Shown piece by piece: positions 19,123-29,432 of a stretch of 64,000 bases of DNA. This stretch comes from Minisyncoccota bacterium. GTDB taxonomy: Bacteria; Patescibacteriota; Minisyncoccia; UBA6257; XYB1-36-10. The notes below the pieces were generated by a model, which searched no databases, was not told where the DNA came from, and saw only the letters and a program-made list of their open reading frames with translations. The translations under genes were made by a program, and so were the position numbers. Each line of letters begins with the position of its first letter. The stretch's first letter is position 1. Location: positions 15,309 to 79,308 of the forward strand of contig JBAZJH010000003.1 in assembly GCA_041651415.1 (NCBI GenBank), in the 5' to 3' direction.

Positions 19123-19335
19123 TTACAGACGCCGAATAATCCTCCCCTTGTCTATGTCGTAAGGGGTTTGTTCAACCAGGATTTTATCTCCGGGAATGAT
19201 TCTTATCCTATTAATACGAAGCTTCCCAGCAAGATGAACCAACAAATCGCGTCCGTCCTCCGTTTTGGCTCTGAATTTTAAACCAGGCAATGCTTCCTCC
19301 ACAACCGCCTTAATAACATTTTGATCTTTTTTCAT
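19123..19335 (-). CDS. infA: translation initiation factor IF-1
   Basis: S1-like IF-1 sequence, 70 aa. Confidence 0.9.
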   Translation of the reverse strand: MKKDQNVIKAVVEEALPGLKFRAKTEDGRDLLVHLAGKLRINRIRIIPGDKILVEQTPYDIDKGRIIRRL

Positions 19336-19353
19336 TAACTCTTGAGCGAGGGA

Positions 19354-19383
19354 ATTGTATCACAAAAAAAGCTTTTGTGTCAA
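19354..19383 (-). promoter_or_regulatory. sigma-70-like promoter for infA-rpmJ-rpsM... operon
   Basis: Minus-strand TTGACA, 17-nt spacer, TGATACAAT (extended -10) about 19 nt upstream of infA ATG. Confidence 0.45.
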
Positions 19384-19402
19384 TGGCTTTAAATAAACGC
19401 TT

Positions 19403-20965
19403 TTATTTTTCAAAAGAGACGTTAATTTTTTCGGAATTTTCCGGAACTTTATCAACCCAGAAAGGCCAAAAAGAAATGCGAGCATTTTCCACACCGACAG
19501 TGGAGATTATTTCCGCTTTCAGTTCGGAAGAATTTTTTCCCTTTATGCCATTTTTAAATTCATCAATATTTAAATCCCTTTGAGCCAAGCCGGAAGCGGA
19601 CGGTAGGAAGGTCATTTTTCCCGTTTCAAAATCAATTTTTACATCTTTTGGATTGAGAGCATATTCGAGAAGATTCACCTTAAACCCAAGGTTTTCAGAG
19701 ATTTCTTTCACCAAAAATTCTTCCAGCTGTTTTTTGGAAAAAGCCAGAACTTTCTTTTCCACTTCTCCATAGACCGAAAACTCTCCTTTTTCATTTGTTT
19801 CTTCTTTTACTTCCGTTTTAACTATTTTAAAACTGTCGGAACCGTCAATGGCTGTAAAATCTTCAGGAATGTTTAAAGAAGAAGCTAAGCTGTCTTTCAG
19901 AGTTTGCTCAATTTTAGTAATAGCTTCCTTTTTATCAGCGTCTGTCGGAAAAGCGGCAACGCCAATAAAACCACCTGTGGCCGGTTCTTTTGATTCGCCG
20001 TAAAAACTTTCATATTTGGAAGAACCCTGAAATCCGGGAATGGAAAATCTGGAAATCGGACCGATATTATATTCTTCTCCCGCCTTGTCGGCAATTATTT
20101 CCGCTTCTATGGAAGAAGGAATAATTTTCCCTTGTTCGATTTTAGCGCCCGGGACTGTTATTTTATTTACCAAGCGAAAAAGTTTTCCATCCGGAGCAAG
20201 AAGACGAGTGGAAGCAACCAGAATTTGACTTTGTGAACTATAAGCGTTGTAAATAATAACTTTACCTTTAGCTTTTCTTTCTATTTTTTTACTGCCGGAA
20301 GCGGGAAAGTTAAGAGTAATGTTTTTTCTTTCGGTAAAAAGCTCTCCACCAATAACAGATTTTTCAAGGTCAATATCGGAAGAATCGGTTTCGACAGACA
20401 AAGAATTTTTGCTTTCAAACGGATATTCTTTAAGAGTGAAAGCGATAGTGGCTTTCGGAGAAACGTTTTCAACCCCAACCCAGATAAGAGCGATCAAAAC
20501 CAAAGCGCCAATAAAAAAATAAGCTTTCTTTTTGGAAAATTTGCCTGTTTTTCTATTGAAACCTTTTTCGGTAAAATCAACAGTCACATCACTATTTTCT
20601 TCCGGAATAGTTTCTTCTTCCAGACGAGCTTCTTCTTTTTTCAGGGAAGAAGGAGCGCTTCCAGCTAAAGAAATTTCAGGAGCGATGATGTCGGACATGC
20701 TTTTTCTTCTTCCGGAAAGAAACGGATTTAAAGAAGCAATGCCGGCGGCTTGAGCCAAAGCCAAAACCTCTTCATCAACGGATTCAATAACAAGATTTTT
20801 ATTGTCGGCATCCGCCTCTCTCTTAATCAAGTGAAAGTTGGAAACTGAGCCGGCAAGTTTGGAAGATTTAGGAAGAACTATTACTAAGTCCTTTTCTTTT
20901 TCCCCCAAGATATTTTCCACAACGAAGGCCGGGTCGTCGTTTTTGCCAATAAATATTTTTTTCAT
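19403..20965 (-). CDS. hypothetical bitopic membrane protein (150-aa cytoplasmic N-domain, one TM, large extracytoplasmic domain)
   Basis: TM segment YFFIGALVLIALIWVGV; last gene of a 4-gene minus-strand cluster starting with a sigma factor. Confidence 0.5.
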   Translation of the reverse strand: MKKIFIGKNDDPAFVVENILGEKEKDLVIVLPKSSKLAGSVSNFHLIKREADADNKNLVIESVDEEVLALAQAAGIASLNPFLSGRRKSMSDIIAPEISLAGSAPSSLKKEEARLEEETIPEENSDVTVDFTEKGFNRKTGKFSKKKAYFFIGALVLIALIWVGVENVSPKATIAFTLKEYPFESKNSLSVETDSSDIDLEKSVIGGELFTERKNITLNFPASGSKKIERKAKGKVIIYNAYSSQSQILVASTRLLAPDGKLFRLVNKITVPGAKIEQGKIIPSSIEAEIIADKAGEEYNIGPISRFSIPGFQGSSKYESFYGESKEPATGGFIGVAAFPTDADKKEAITKIEQTLKDSLASSLNIPEDFTAIDGSDSFKIVKTEVKEETNEKGEFSVYGEVEKKVLAFSKKQLEEFLVKEISENLGFKVNLLEYALNPKDVKIDFETGKMTFLPSASGLAQRDLNIDEFKNGIKGKNSSELKAEIISTVGVENARISFWPFWVDKVPENSEKINVSFEK

Positions 20966-21007
20966 GCTTTTTCCAATAAATAAATTATACCAGTTTTTTC
21001 AAAAAAA

Positions 21008-22270
21008 TTAAGGGATCAGCCATTTGGCGCGGCGACGGGCCATTTTATTAAGCTGGTCTTCATGGCTAGAGAAATAATATTCCAAGAATCCGGAAATAGA
21101 GGAAAAAACCGACTCAATTTCCAATCCGGAAACTTCAGAAGAAACAGAAAAACCCAGTTTTTCGATTATTTTTAAAATATCCGGCTTTTCCAGTCTAGGC
21201 TTGTTTTTTTTGTCAAAAATAAAATCAGGAATATTTTTTTCATCCAAAACAAATATCCGGCTTTCTTTCTCAAGCTTTCCTTTAGAATATATTTTTTTGA
21301 AAAAAACATCCCACTCTTCAAGAAGAGAATCCTTGACAAATTTTTCAATTTTACCGGAAGAACTTTTTCCGGAAACAAGATTAATTACTTTAAAAGAAGT
21401 TTCATTATCAAGATTGAGCTTTTTACCAAGGCAAGAAGAAAGAAAAGAAGAATCCCATTCCAAACAACTTTCTTCTTTTAAAACAGGCAAAGAAATATCT
21501 TCCCGGCTGAGATTTTTGTAAAAGCTTTTTAAAATAAGAACAGATTCAGGAAAAAATCTCAATAAGGAAAAAGAGTTTTCAAAATTGAAAGAACGAAGAA
21601 TCGTTTCGGAATCAATCAGGCCAAGTTCAGAGATAAATTCTATTTTGAATTTTCTTCCGAGAGCTTCTTCAAGAGCTCGATAATAATCGCGATTAACAAA
21701 GGTTTCTTCTATTAAAAACTCAACAGTCTTAGCTTTAAAACCGATAGGATTCAAAACTTTGTGGCCATTTACTTTAACGCTCAAATTTCTGATGCCAGAA
21801 AGAAGAATATCGGATTCGCCGATACCGAGAAGATTAACCGCCTGCGGACGAAAAAGATTAAGAAATTTCCAAACCGCTTGAGAAATAAGATTTTCGATTT
21901 CTCCTTCGTTTATTTCTTCTTTATGATTCATTCTATCCACCCGCACCCAAGCCGGAACAGTGTAAACAAAGGAAGAAGCGCCAACGATGATAATTTTGCT
22001 GCCAGAAGGAATATTTGTTTCTTTTAAAAAATTTTTAACCGATTCAATGCTTATTTTTTTTTCCAAGCCCTCACCGGATAAATCCGAGTTTTTAAGAAGA
22101 CGGCTTGAAGAAGAAATTATATTTATTTTGTTTTCGGAAACTTCGAAAAAAGAACCGCGCAAAAAAGAATTGCCTATTTCAAGACAAAAGAACCTTTCCG
22201 TATTTTCTCCGGATAATATTTTTTTAAAATTTAAAGCCATTAGTCGGAATGCCTTTAAATGATTATACAA
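21008..22270 (-). CDS. PilM/FtsA-like actin-fold protein (putative pilus assembly platform protein)
   Basis: N-terminal CLEIGNSFLRGSFFEV resembles PilM/FtsA phosphate-1 motif (GLDIGSSSIK..); family assignment tentative. Confidence 0.4.
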   Translation of the reverse strand: MYNHLKAFRLMALNFKKILSGENTERFFCLEIGNSFLRGSFFEVSENKINIISSSSRLLKNSDLSGEGLEKKISIESVKNFLKETNIPSGSKIIIVGASSFVYTVPAWVRVDRMNHKEEINEGEIENLISQAVWKFLNLFRPQAVNLLGIGESDILLSGIRNLSVKVNGHKVLNPIGFKAKTVEFLIEETFVNRDYYRALEEALGRKFKIEFISELGLIDSETILRSFNFENSFSLLRFFPESVLILKSFYKNLSREDISLPVLKEESCLEWDSSFLSSCLGKKLNLDNETSFKVINLVSGKSSSGKIEKFVKDSLLEEWDVFFKKIYSKGKLEKESRIFVLDEKNIPDFIFDKKNKPRLEKPDILKIIEKLGFSVSSEVSGLEIESVFSSISGFLEYYFSSHEDQLNKMARRRAKWLIP

Positions 22271-22291
22271 TAAGGAGAAGAGGCCGTAAAA

Positions 22292-23536
22292 TCAAGGGAG
22301 AAAAAAGCCCCGCAGAATATTTGCCGAAGCGTTTTTTTCAAGAAAAGAGAAATCAAAAAAAGAAACGAAAATTTTATTCCATAAAGCTTCATGCTCGTGG
22401 TAAGAAAAACTTTTTCCGCCGTTTTTTTCGACCAGCGACATAGAATTATCAAGAAGGTCAAAACTTAAAGGAGATTTTTCACCGGCGAAGAACTCCGCCA
22501 CCCAATCCAAATCATTCCAAAAAGAAAGAGATTTTTTAAGAGCCGGAAAAGAATCGCCGAGAGCGCCAAGTTTCAGATAAGCCTTGGAATACAGCAAGGA
22601 TTCCGTATTTAAATGAGGAAAGAAAAGACGCCAATCGCGGGGGTCATCTTTTTCAAGATAACGCTGAATGACAAGCCAAGCATTTTTCTCCTTTGGACGA
22701 TTTTTTAAGACATCGCCTCTTAAAAGAGAAGCGAGATCGGAAGAAAAACCGGATTCATTTTCCCCCAGTTTTTTGATAATGCCGGAATAAAAAGGAACTT
22801 CTTCAAGATAATGAAAAAGAAGCCCGACAGTTCTTAGAATTTCGCCCTCAAGATTAGCGGAAAGAGGAAGAAGAAAGATAACTCCAAGCTCCTTCAAATG
22901 AGTAAGATTGTGCCTTTTGTGCCCGACAAATTCAGTGGCAGAGCTTTTCCATTTTTCACTCAAGCAAATTATTTTTATTTTTCTCATTTCAAAATCCGAA
23001 GGAGAAAGAGAGAGATATTTTTTAAAAAAGACGCCATTTAACCAAGCAGAATCTTCAATAAAACGAAGAGAAGCAAAAAGCTCAAAAAGGTCTTCTTTAG
23101 AAAGAGCTTCTTCAATAGTTTTATAACCCAAAAAAGAAAGAACTTTAAGAGGAGGGTTAGAAATTAAAAGCTCTCTGGCTTTCTTTTCTTTTAGAAAAAA
23201 TCCGGAAGGCAGACCGCGAGTTTCTTTAACAAAATCAGCAACTTTGACGCGGCCAGAGGAAGAATTCAAGTTGGGGTAACCAAGAAGCAAAGAAAGAGAG
23301 TCATTCCCCTCTTCAGCTTTCTTAAGCAAAGCCATTTTTACCGAAAGGAAAGAAGAGTCGGGATTGAGATTAAGAAGATTAAGCGCTTCTTCAATCTTTT
23401 TTTTATGTTCAAGAGAGATAAGAGCAAAAACACCTTTTTTGCCGGTTTTTTCAGAAAGAAGGCTGTCAATTTCCGCAAGAAAGGACGGGGCAATGCCGAG
23501 AAGGCGGGAAATTTTTTCCAAACCAAAAGATTCCAT
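22292..23536 (-). CDS. hypothetical protein
   Basis: 414 aa, no recognisable motif; co-directional between sigma factor and PilM-like gene. Confidence 0.5.
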   Translation of the reverse strand: MESFGLEKISRLLGIAPSFLAEIDSLLSEKTGKKGVFALISLEHKKKIEEALNLLNLNPDSSFLSVKMALLKKAEEGNDSLSLLLGYPNLNSSSGRVKVADFVKETRGLPSGFFLKEKKARELLISNPPLKVLSFLGYKTIEEALSKEDLFELFASLRFIEDSAWLNGVFFKKYLSLSPSDFEMRKIKIICLSEKWKSSATEFVGHKRHNLTHLKELGVIFLLPLSANLEGEILRTVGLLFHYLEEVPFYSGIIKKLGENESGFSSDLASLLRGDVLKNRPKEKNAWLVIQRYLEKDDPRDWRLFFPHLNTESLLYSKAYLKLGALGDSFPALKKSLSFWNDLDWVAEFFAGEKSPLSFDLLDNSMSLVEKNGGKSFSYHEHEALWNKIFVSFFDFSFLEKNASANILRGFFLP

Positions 23537-23590
23537 AAGATAAATTATAACATAAAAAAGAGCGCCTGCTTTTTAAACAGACGCTTTAAA

Positions 23591-24232
23591 TCAAAAAAAA
23601 TCAAATTCATCGCCGCGAAGAAGAAAACTTTTTTGAATAGTCCGAACCGCTCTTTTAAAAGATTGACGGACAGCTTCGGGAGTTATTTTTAGAAGACGAG
23701 CCACCTCTTTAAGAGTTCTCGGTTTTCTGTCTATTTCAAGAAATCTAAGCCGGATAACTTCCTTTTGCCTTTCCGTAAGAAGAGAAAGAGCTTTTTTTAA
23801 GAAAACGGATTTTTTCTTTCTCATTTCCCGAGAAGAAAGAGAATCTCTCGGAGAAGGAATATTCGAAACAAGATCGGAAAAGAAAGAAAAATAAGAATCA
23901 TCGTTTTCAAAAACAAGTTTCTGACTTTTAGGTTCTAATTCAAACCTTAAAATTTCTTCAATCTGCCTCAAAATTTTGAAATCAAGGTAAGTCACCAATC
24001 GACAGTCTTTAGAAAAATCAAAGCCTTTAATTGCTTCCCAAACGGCGATTTGTCCGGCGCGCATCAAATCGGAAAAAGAAAGCTTTAAAAAGGGATATTT
24101 TTTCCTAAATTCCGACATCTTTTTAGTAATCCAGTTTTCTTGGCTCTTAAAAAGGATTTCGAGCGCTTCCGAGTCGCCGTCTTTAGCTTTTGCGATAAGA
24201 AGATATTCTTCTTCTTTTTTCAGCCTATTCAT
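23591..24232 (-). CDS. RNA polymerase sigma factor, sigma-70 family (region 2 and region 4)
   Basis: Region 2 (FSDLMRAGQIAVWEAIKGFDFSKDCRLVTYLDFKILRQI) and region 4 HTH (RKPRTLKEVARLLKITPEAVRQSFKRAV). Confidence 0.7.
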   Translation of the reverse strand: MNRLKKEEEYLLIAKAKDGDSEALEILFKSQENWITKKMSEFRKKYPFLKLSFSDLMRAGQIAVWEAIKGFDFSKDCRLVTYLDFKILRQIEEILRFELEPKSQKLVFENDDSYFSFFSDLVSNIPSPRDSLSSREMRKKKSVFLKKALSLLTERQKEVIRLRFLEIDRKPRTLKEVARLLKITPEAVRQSFKRAVRTIQKSFLLRGDEFDFF

Positions 24233-24323
24233 AAGAAAAATCTCCTTTTAAAAAAGTTTGGCGTAAAAGAACTGATTTAAAAATAAAAGAAAAAAAGAAA
24301 GAAATCAATCAAACTTCGCAGCC

Positions 24324-24473
24324 TCAACGGCCGTGAAGTTTGATTTTTCGAAAGCCGTTTCTTTCCGTGTTTTTAAGACGCTTATAGAGACCAAACATAG
24401 AACGAAAAGAAGAAGGGGTGCGATAAGCCACGTTTTTTTTATTGCCAAGCTTGGAATAGTTTTTGGTTTTCAT
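24324..24473 (-). CDS. small basic protein (49 aa), hypothetical
   Basis: Manual translation MKTKNYSKLGNKKNVAYRTPSSFRSMFGLYKRLKNTERNGFRKIKLHGR, 9 nt downstream of PfkB stop on same strand; competes with plus-strand ORF 24333..24569. Confidence 0.3.
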   Translation of the reverse strand: MKTKNYSKLGNKKNVAYRTPSSFRSMFGLYKRLKNTERNGFRKIKLHGR

Positions 24474-24482
24474 AAAAAAATT

Positions 24483-25514
24483 TTAAAGTTTTTTGGAATA
24501 AACTTTAAGATTTTTGAAACGAGGAGAATTAAATTCTTTCAAAGAAAGAAGACCAGCTTTCGCGCCTAAAGATTCAACAACGGAAGTGGCGTTAGTCGAA
24601 CCGAGACGAATGGCAAATTCAATATTTTCTTGGCCGCAAATTCTTTTTTGGCAGTTTTCTTTCGATTTGATAAGGCCGGCGACAAAACCGGAGCCGAAAG
24701 CATCGCCCGCGCCGGTGCGGTCTTCTATTTTTTTATTTTTAAAGATGCCAGCACGCCAGAGAGTTTTGCCATCGGAAACCATCACTCCTTTTTGCCCTTC
24801 CGTCATAACAGCCAAGCCGCCGATAAGGGCATCAAATTTTTTAAAAATCCCCTTTTCGTTTTTGTAAGGAACTCCGGTTAAGAGACTGGCTTCTTCGCGA
24901 TTTAAAATAACAACAGCCATTTTTTGAAACAGCGGCTTTAATTTTTTAGAACCGAGAGCGAGAAGATTTTTAGAAGGATTAATGGCAAGCTTGGTTCCCT
25001 TTTTTTTCAGTTCTTCGGTTAAAGAAAGAAGAAAAGGAAAAGGAAAATTGCCGGGAGAAAGATAAGCCCAGGCAGGGCGGAAGCCATTTTCAGAAAAAGA
25101 GTTTTTGGGAAAATTTGGATTATTAGAACGAGAAACCAAAATGACGCGGCTGCCATTTTTGGAAATAAGAATTAAAGAGCGGTCAGTTCCCTCTTTTTCC
25201 ATTTTTACCGGAAAAGGAATGACATTTTCTTTTTCCAAATCTTTCAAAACAAACTGACCGAAGAGGTCAGAGCCGATTTTAAAAAAAGACGAAGTTTTGA
25301 AGCCGAGGCGAGCAAAAGAAACAGCGGCGTTCGTTGCTCCCCCGCCGGAAAAAATGGCGGAAACGGCGCCGATTTTATCGCCAAGAGAAAAACAAAGCTT
25401 GCCTTCTCCTTCCGATTTATCAGGCAAAATTCCGGTCTTAAAAAAAATATCAACGGTGGCTGTGCCAACGGTTAAAATATCTTGATTGCTAAAATTTAAG
25501 AAATTCCAGGACAT
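24483..25514 (-). CDS. PfkB-family carbohydrate/nucleoside kinase (ribokinase-like)
   Basis: GGGATNAAVSFARLG and GAGDAFGSGFVAGL signature motifs. Confidence 0.8.
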   Translation of the reverse strand: MSWNFLNFSNQDILTVGTATVDIFFKTGILPDKSEGEGKLCFSLGDKIGAVSAIFSGGGATNAAVSFARLGFKTSSFFKIGSDLFGQFVLKDLEKENVIPFPVKMEKEGTDRSLILISKNGSRVILVSRSNNPNFPKNSFSENGFRPAWAYLSPGNFPFPFLLSLTEELKKKGTKLAINPSKNLLALGSKKLKPLFQKMAVVILNREEASLLTGVPYKNEKGIFKKFDALIGGLAVMTEGQKGVMVSDGKTLWRAGIFKNKKIEDRTGAGDAFGSGFVAGLIKSKENCQKRICGQENIEFAIRLGSTNATSVVESLGAKAGLLSLKEFNSPRFKNLKVYSKKL

Positions 25515-25615
25515 GAAATAAAGTTAAAAGTTAATAAAGTTTTTAAAGTTGAAAGTTTATAAAGTTCATAAAGTTAAAAGTAACAAATTTAAAAAAGTTA
25601 AAAGCAGAGAAAAAA

Positions 25616-26611
25616 TTATTTTCTTTTGATGACTTTTTTGACGGCTTTTATGATGGAGCGGCTATCTAAGCCGTATTTTTTGATAAGCTCATCAGGACGG
25701 CCGGATTCGCCGAAAGAATCATTGACGCCGACGAACTCCATCGGCACGGGATATTTTTTGGAAAGCAGTTCGGAAACGGCGGAGCCGAGGCCGCCGGAAA
25801 TTTGATGTTCTTCAACCGTAACGACGGCTTTAGATTTTTTTGCAAGTTCCAAAATAGCCGATTCATCAAACGGTTTTAAAGTGTGAAGATTCAAAACGGA
25901 AACCGGAATTTTTTCAGCTTCCAGTTCACGGGCGGCGAGAAGCGCTTCATAAAGAATAGGACCGGCGCCGATAAGCGCAACTTCAGGTTTAGCGCGAAGA
26001 CCGGACTCCCATAAAAGATAGGAAGAGCCGGGATTAAAAGGAGTTCCATTAGAAGTGATAACGGGAGTAGCGGCGCGAGAGAAGCGAAGATAAACAGGGC
26101 CGTGAATTTTAGAAGCAGCAAGAGTCGCGCGTTTAGCTTCCAGAGCGTCACAAGGGATAAAAACGCGAAGATTGGGAAGAACACGGGCAAGAGCAAGATC
26201 TTCCAGAGCTTGATGAGAAGCGCCGTCCGGACCAACAGAGAGACCGGCGTGATGTCCGGCGATTTTTACATTGGAATCATTCAAGCAAATAGTGGTTCTT
26301 ATCTGTTCCCAGTTGCGGCCGGGAGAAAAAACAGCATAAGAAGAGATAAAAGGAATTTTTCCGGAAATGCCGAAACCAGCGGCGACAGCGGCGAGGTTTT
26401 GTTCAGCAACGCCAAGCTCAAAAAAACGCTCGGGAAAAAGATTTTTGAAATCGGAAAGACGGGTGGATTCCACAAGGTCAGCAGAAAGAACGACGACATT
26501 TTTATTTTCCTCGCCGGCTAAAACAAGACCTTCGCCAAAACCGTCGCGGAGAGCGCGACGCTCCGGATTATTAAAAATGTTTTTATTGAGTTTTAATTTG
26601 TCGTTTAACAT
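25616..26611 (-). CDS. transketolase, C-terminal (pyrimidine-binding) subunit
   Basis: Split transketolase C-section homology (GxxGxTHQ-like region ASHQALEDLA, C-terminal domain). Confidence 0.85.
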   Translation of the reverse strand: MLNDKLKLNKNIFNNPERRALRDGFGEGLVLAGEENKNVVVLSADLVESTRLSDFKNLFPERFFELGVAEQNLAAVAAGFGISGKIPFISSYAVFSPGRNWEQIRTTICLNDSNVKIAGHHAGLSVGPDGASHQALEDLALARVLPNLRVFIPCDALEAKRATLAASKIHGPVYLRFSRAATPVITSNGTPFNPGSSYLLWESGLRAKPEVALIGAGPILYEALLAARELEAEKIPVSVLNLHTLKPFDESAILELAKKSKAVVTVEEHQISGGLGSAVSELLSKKYPVPMEFVGVNDSFGESGRPDELIKKYGLDSRSIIKAVKKVIKRK

Positions 26612-26652
26612 GAATCAGTTAAAAGTTTATAAAGTTAAAAGCAGAGAAAAAA

Positions 26653-27507
26653 TTATTCTTCTTCAAGGCGGCCGCCAAGCGTGCGAAGTTTCTTTAAAGC
26701 AATTCTAGCTTCTTGCTCCGTAGGCGATTTGCCGTGCCAAGTGAAATCGCTTTCCATAAAATCAACGCCCTTCCCCGGAATGGTGTGAGCGATAATCGCG
26801 GTCGGACGTTCAAAAATAGCTTTAGCTTCGTTCACAGCATCCACAATCGATTCAAGATTATGGCCGTCGATTTCAAGAACCTGCCAGTTGAAGGATTCAT
26901 ATTTGCGACGGAGAGATTCGAGAGGCATCACGTCTTCCGTAAAACCGCTGATTTGAATATTGTTCCGGTCAATAATGGCAGTGAGATTGTTCAGGCGATA
27001 TTTTCCGGCAAGCATAATGGCTTCCCAAGTATTGCCACAGTCATGTTCGCCATCGGACATCAAACAAAAAACATGGTTTTTCTTTTTATCAAGCTTTAAA
27101 GAAAGAGAAAGACCGATAGCTTCGGAAAGTCCAGAACCAAGAGGGCCGGAGGAAATTTCCACGCCAGAGAGGCGGCCGCGGCGCGGATGGCCTTCGAGGC
27201 GAGAATTGAGCTTGCGCAGAGTTCCAAGCTCTTCTAAAGGAAAATAACCAGCGCGAGCGAGCGAGGCATAAAGGATAGGACAGATGTGGCCGTTTGAAAG
27301 AAGCAGAAAGTCGCGGGCGGGCCAGGCCGGTTTTTTCGGATTGTGATTCAAAATAAAAAAATAAAGAGCGGAAAAAATATCAGCCATACCGAGAGAGCCG
27401 GCAGAGTGGCCGGAACCAGCCATAGCCAGCATTTCAATAACATCCTGTCTTAAGGTGTTAGCCATAAATTCAAGGTGCTTTATTTTTTTTTCCGAAAGTT
27501 CAGGCAT
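26653..27507 (-). CDS. transketolase, N-terminal (TPP-binding) subunit
   Basis: GSGHSAGSLGMADIF, GHPRRG..GVEISSGPLGSGLSEAIG, SDGE TPP-binding motifs. Confidence 0.85.
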   Translation of the reverse strand: MPELSEKKIKHLEFMANTLRQDVIEMLAMAGSGHSAGSLGMADIFSALYFFILNHNPKKPAWPARDFLLLSNGHICPILYASLARAGYFPLEELGTLRKLNSRLEGHPRRGRLSGVEISSGPLGSGLSEAIGLSLSLKLDKKKNHVFCLMSDGEHDCGNTWEAIMLAGKYRLNNLTAIIDRNNIQISGFTEDVMPLESLRRKYESFNWQVLEIDGHNLESIVDAVNEAKAIFERPTAIIAHTIPGKGVDFMESDFTWHGKSPTEQEARIALKKLRTLGGRLEEE

Positions 27508-27713
27508 GAAAGAAAGTTAAAAGTTAATAAAGTTTGTAAAGTTGAAAGTTTATAAAGTTCATAAAGTTAAAAGTAAAAATAACAAATTCCAAATAAATTA
27601 CAGCATTAAATTACTAATATTAAAAAGATAAACTCATTGTTTATTTTACAACAAATGGAGAAAATTTAGTATGTGAATAAAAAAATCCGACGCAAGGATA
27701 AGAAAAAAATATT

Positions 27714-29426
27714 TTATTCGCGGATGACGCGGAGAATTTCTTCTATAGTAGTCGAGCCAAGTTCAGCTTTTTTAATGCCATCTTCAAACATAGTCGACAT
27801 CCCCTCTTTTTTAGCTTGCGATTTTAAAGAATCAAGAGAAAAATTGCGGTCGGTAATAAGGTTCCGGATATTTTCGGAAACATTTAGAATTTCGAAAATG
27901 CCGATTCTGCCTTTATAGCCGGTGCCGCCGCAAACAGGGCAGCCAGCGCCTTTATAAAGAACTTTAGGAATAACAGGATTTTCAATAGAAGGGTCAATTT
28001 CTTTCAACTGACGCTTAATAGAAGATATAACATCCGCGCTCGGCTTAAAAGAAGCAATACAGGAAGAACAGATTTTTCTAACAAGACGCTGAGCAATAAT
28101 AATATTTAGAACAGCAGAAACCAAAAAGGGAGGGATTTTCATATCAAGAAGACGCGGAATAGCAGTAGTGGCATCGTTTGTATGTAAAGAAGAAAGAAGA
28201 AGATGGCCGGTCAAAGCCGCATTAACGGAAATATCAGCGGTTTCCTCATCGCGAATTTCACCAACCAAGATGATGTTCGGATCTTGACGAAGAATAGAAC
28301 GAAGACCGTTCGCAAAAGTGATACCAGCCTTTGCATTAATTTGAGTTTGATTGACATATTTTATTTCGTATTCAATAGGGTCTTCAACAGTAACAATGTT
28401 AACTTCGGGAGTATTCAACATATTCAAAATAGAATAAAGCGTAGTGGTTTTACCGGAGCCAGTCGGACCGCAAACAATAATCATACCAAAAGATTTTTTG
28501 ATATTTTCTTTAACAATTGGCACCAGACTTCCGGCAATACCAAGTTCTTCCAAAGACATCGGTTTTTGAGTGGAAGGCAAAAGACGTAAAACGGCTTTTT
28601 CGCCGTGAAAAGTCGGCATAATGGAAACTCTGATATCAATAACTTCTTTGCCAATCTTATAACGGAAACGACCATCTTGAGGTTTGGAATGCTCATCTAG
28701 TTTGAGACTCGCAAGAAGTTTGATTCTCGCCACCATCGGGAGAAGAACATCAACAGGAATTTGAACGATTTCCCGCAAGATACCATCAACGCGAAAACGA
28801 ATAAGGATGGAAGTTTCGAGAGGTTCAAAATGAATATCGGAAGAGCCGAGAGAAAAAGCGTAAGAAACAACATTATTAACAAGGGCGACAATCGGAACAT
28901 CGGCAGCAGCTTCTTCCAATCCTTTGGATTTACTACCTAAAGAGGCGCGAATGTTTTCTTCAATAAGCTCTTTAAAATCTTTAGTGAATTTTTGGCTGTA
29001 AACGGAGAAAATCTGATTTAAATCTTCAGAGGTGGCGAGAAACGGATTTAAAGAAGTTTTCAACAAACTGGAAAGAAATTCAATCGTCTCAAGATCGCTC
29101 GGATTTTCCATAGCCACATCAAAAGAGCCGTCTTCATTTTTTTTGAAAATTACCGCGCGACGAGATCTAGCCACATCTTCCGGTAAAAGACGGACTAGAG
29201 ACTCATCGAGAGAAGCAATATTAATGTCAGCATGATCAACGCCAAAATATCTGGAGAGAAGAGAAACAAAATATTTAGAAGAAATGATATTTCTCGAAAC
29301 AAGAATATCAACCACATCTTGGCTAAGACGAACAGCTTCCAAAAGAAGCGCGTCAAATTCTTCAGGAGTAATGAGCTTATCCTGAATTAAAAATTCTTTC
29401 AGTTTTTCGGCAGGGATTTGAGACAT
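27714..29426 (-). CDS. pilB: type IV pilus assembly ATPase PilB (GspE family)
   Basis: Walker A VCGPTGSGKTTTLYS, Asp/His boxes, C-terminal CPVCGGTGYKGR zinc tetracysteine. Confidence 0.9.
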   Translation of the reverse strand: MSQIPAEKLKEFLIQDKLITPEEFDALLLEAVRLSQDVVDILVSRNIISSKYFVSLLSRYFGVDHADINIASLDESLVRLLPEDVARSRRAVIFKKNEDGSFDVAMENPSDLETIEFLSSLLKTSLNPFLATSEDLNQIFSVYSQKFTKDFKELIEENIRASLGSKSKGLEEAAADVPIVALVNNVVSYAFSLGSSDIHFEPLETSILIRFRVDGILREIVQIPVDVLLPMVARIKLLASLKLDEHSKPQDGRFRYKIGKEVIDIRVSIMPTFHGEKAVLRLLPSTQKPMSLEELGIAGSLVPIVKENIKKSFGMIIVCGPTGSGKTTTLYSILNMLNTPEVNIVTVEDPIEYEIKYVNQTQINAKAGITFANGLRSILRQDPNIILVGEIRDEETADISVNAALTGHLLLSSLHTNDATTAIPRLLDMKIPPFLVSAVLNIIIAQRLVRKICSSCIASFKPSADVISSIKRQLKEIDPSIENPVIPKVLYKGAGCPVCGGTGYKGRIGIFEILNVSENIRNLITDRNFSLDSLKSQAKKEGMSTMFEDGIKKAELGSTTIEEILRVIRE

Positions 29427-29432
29427 AAGATT

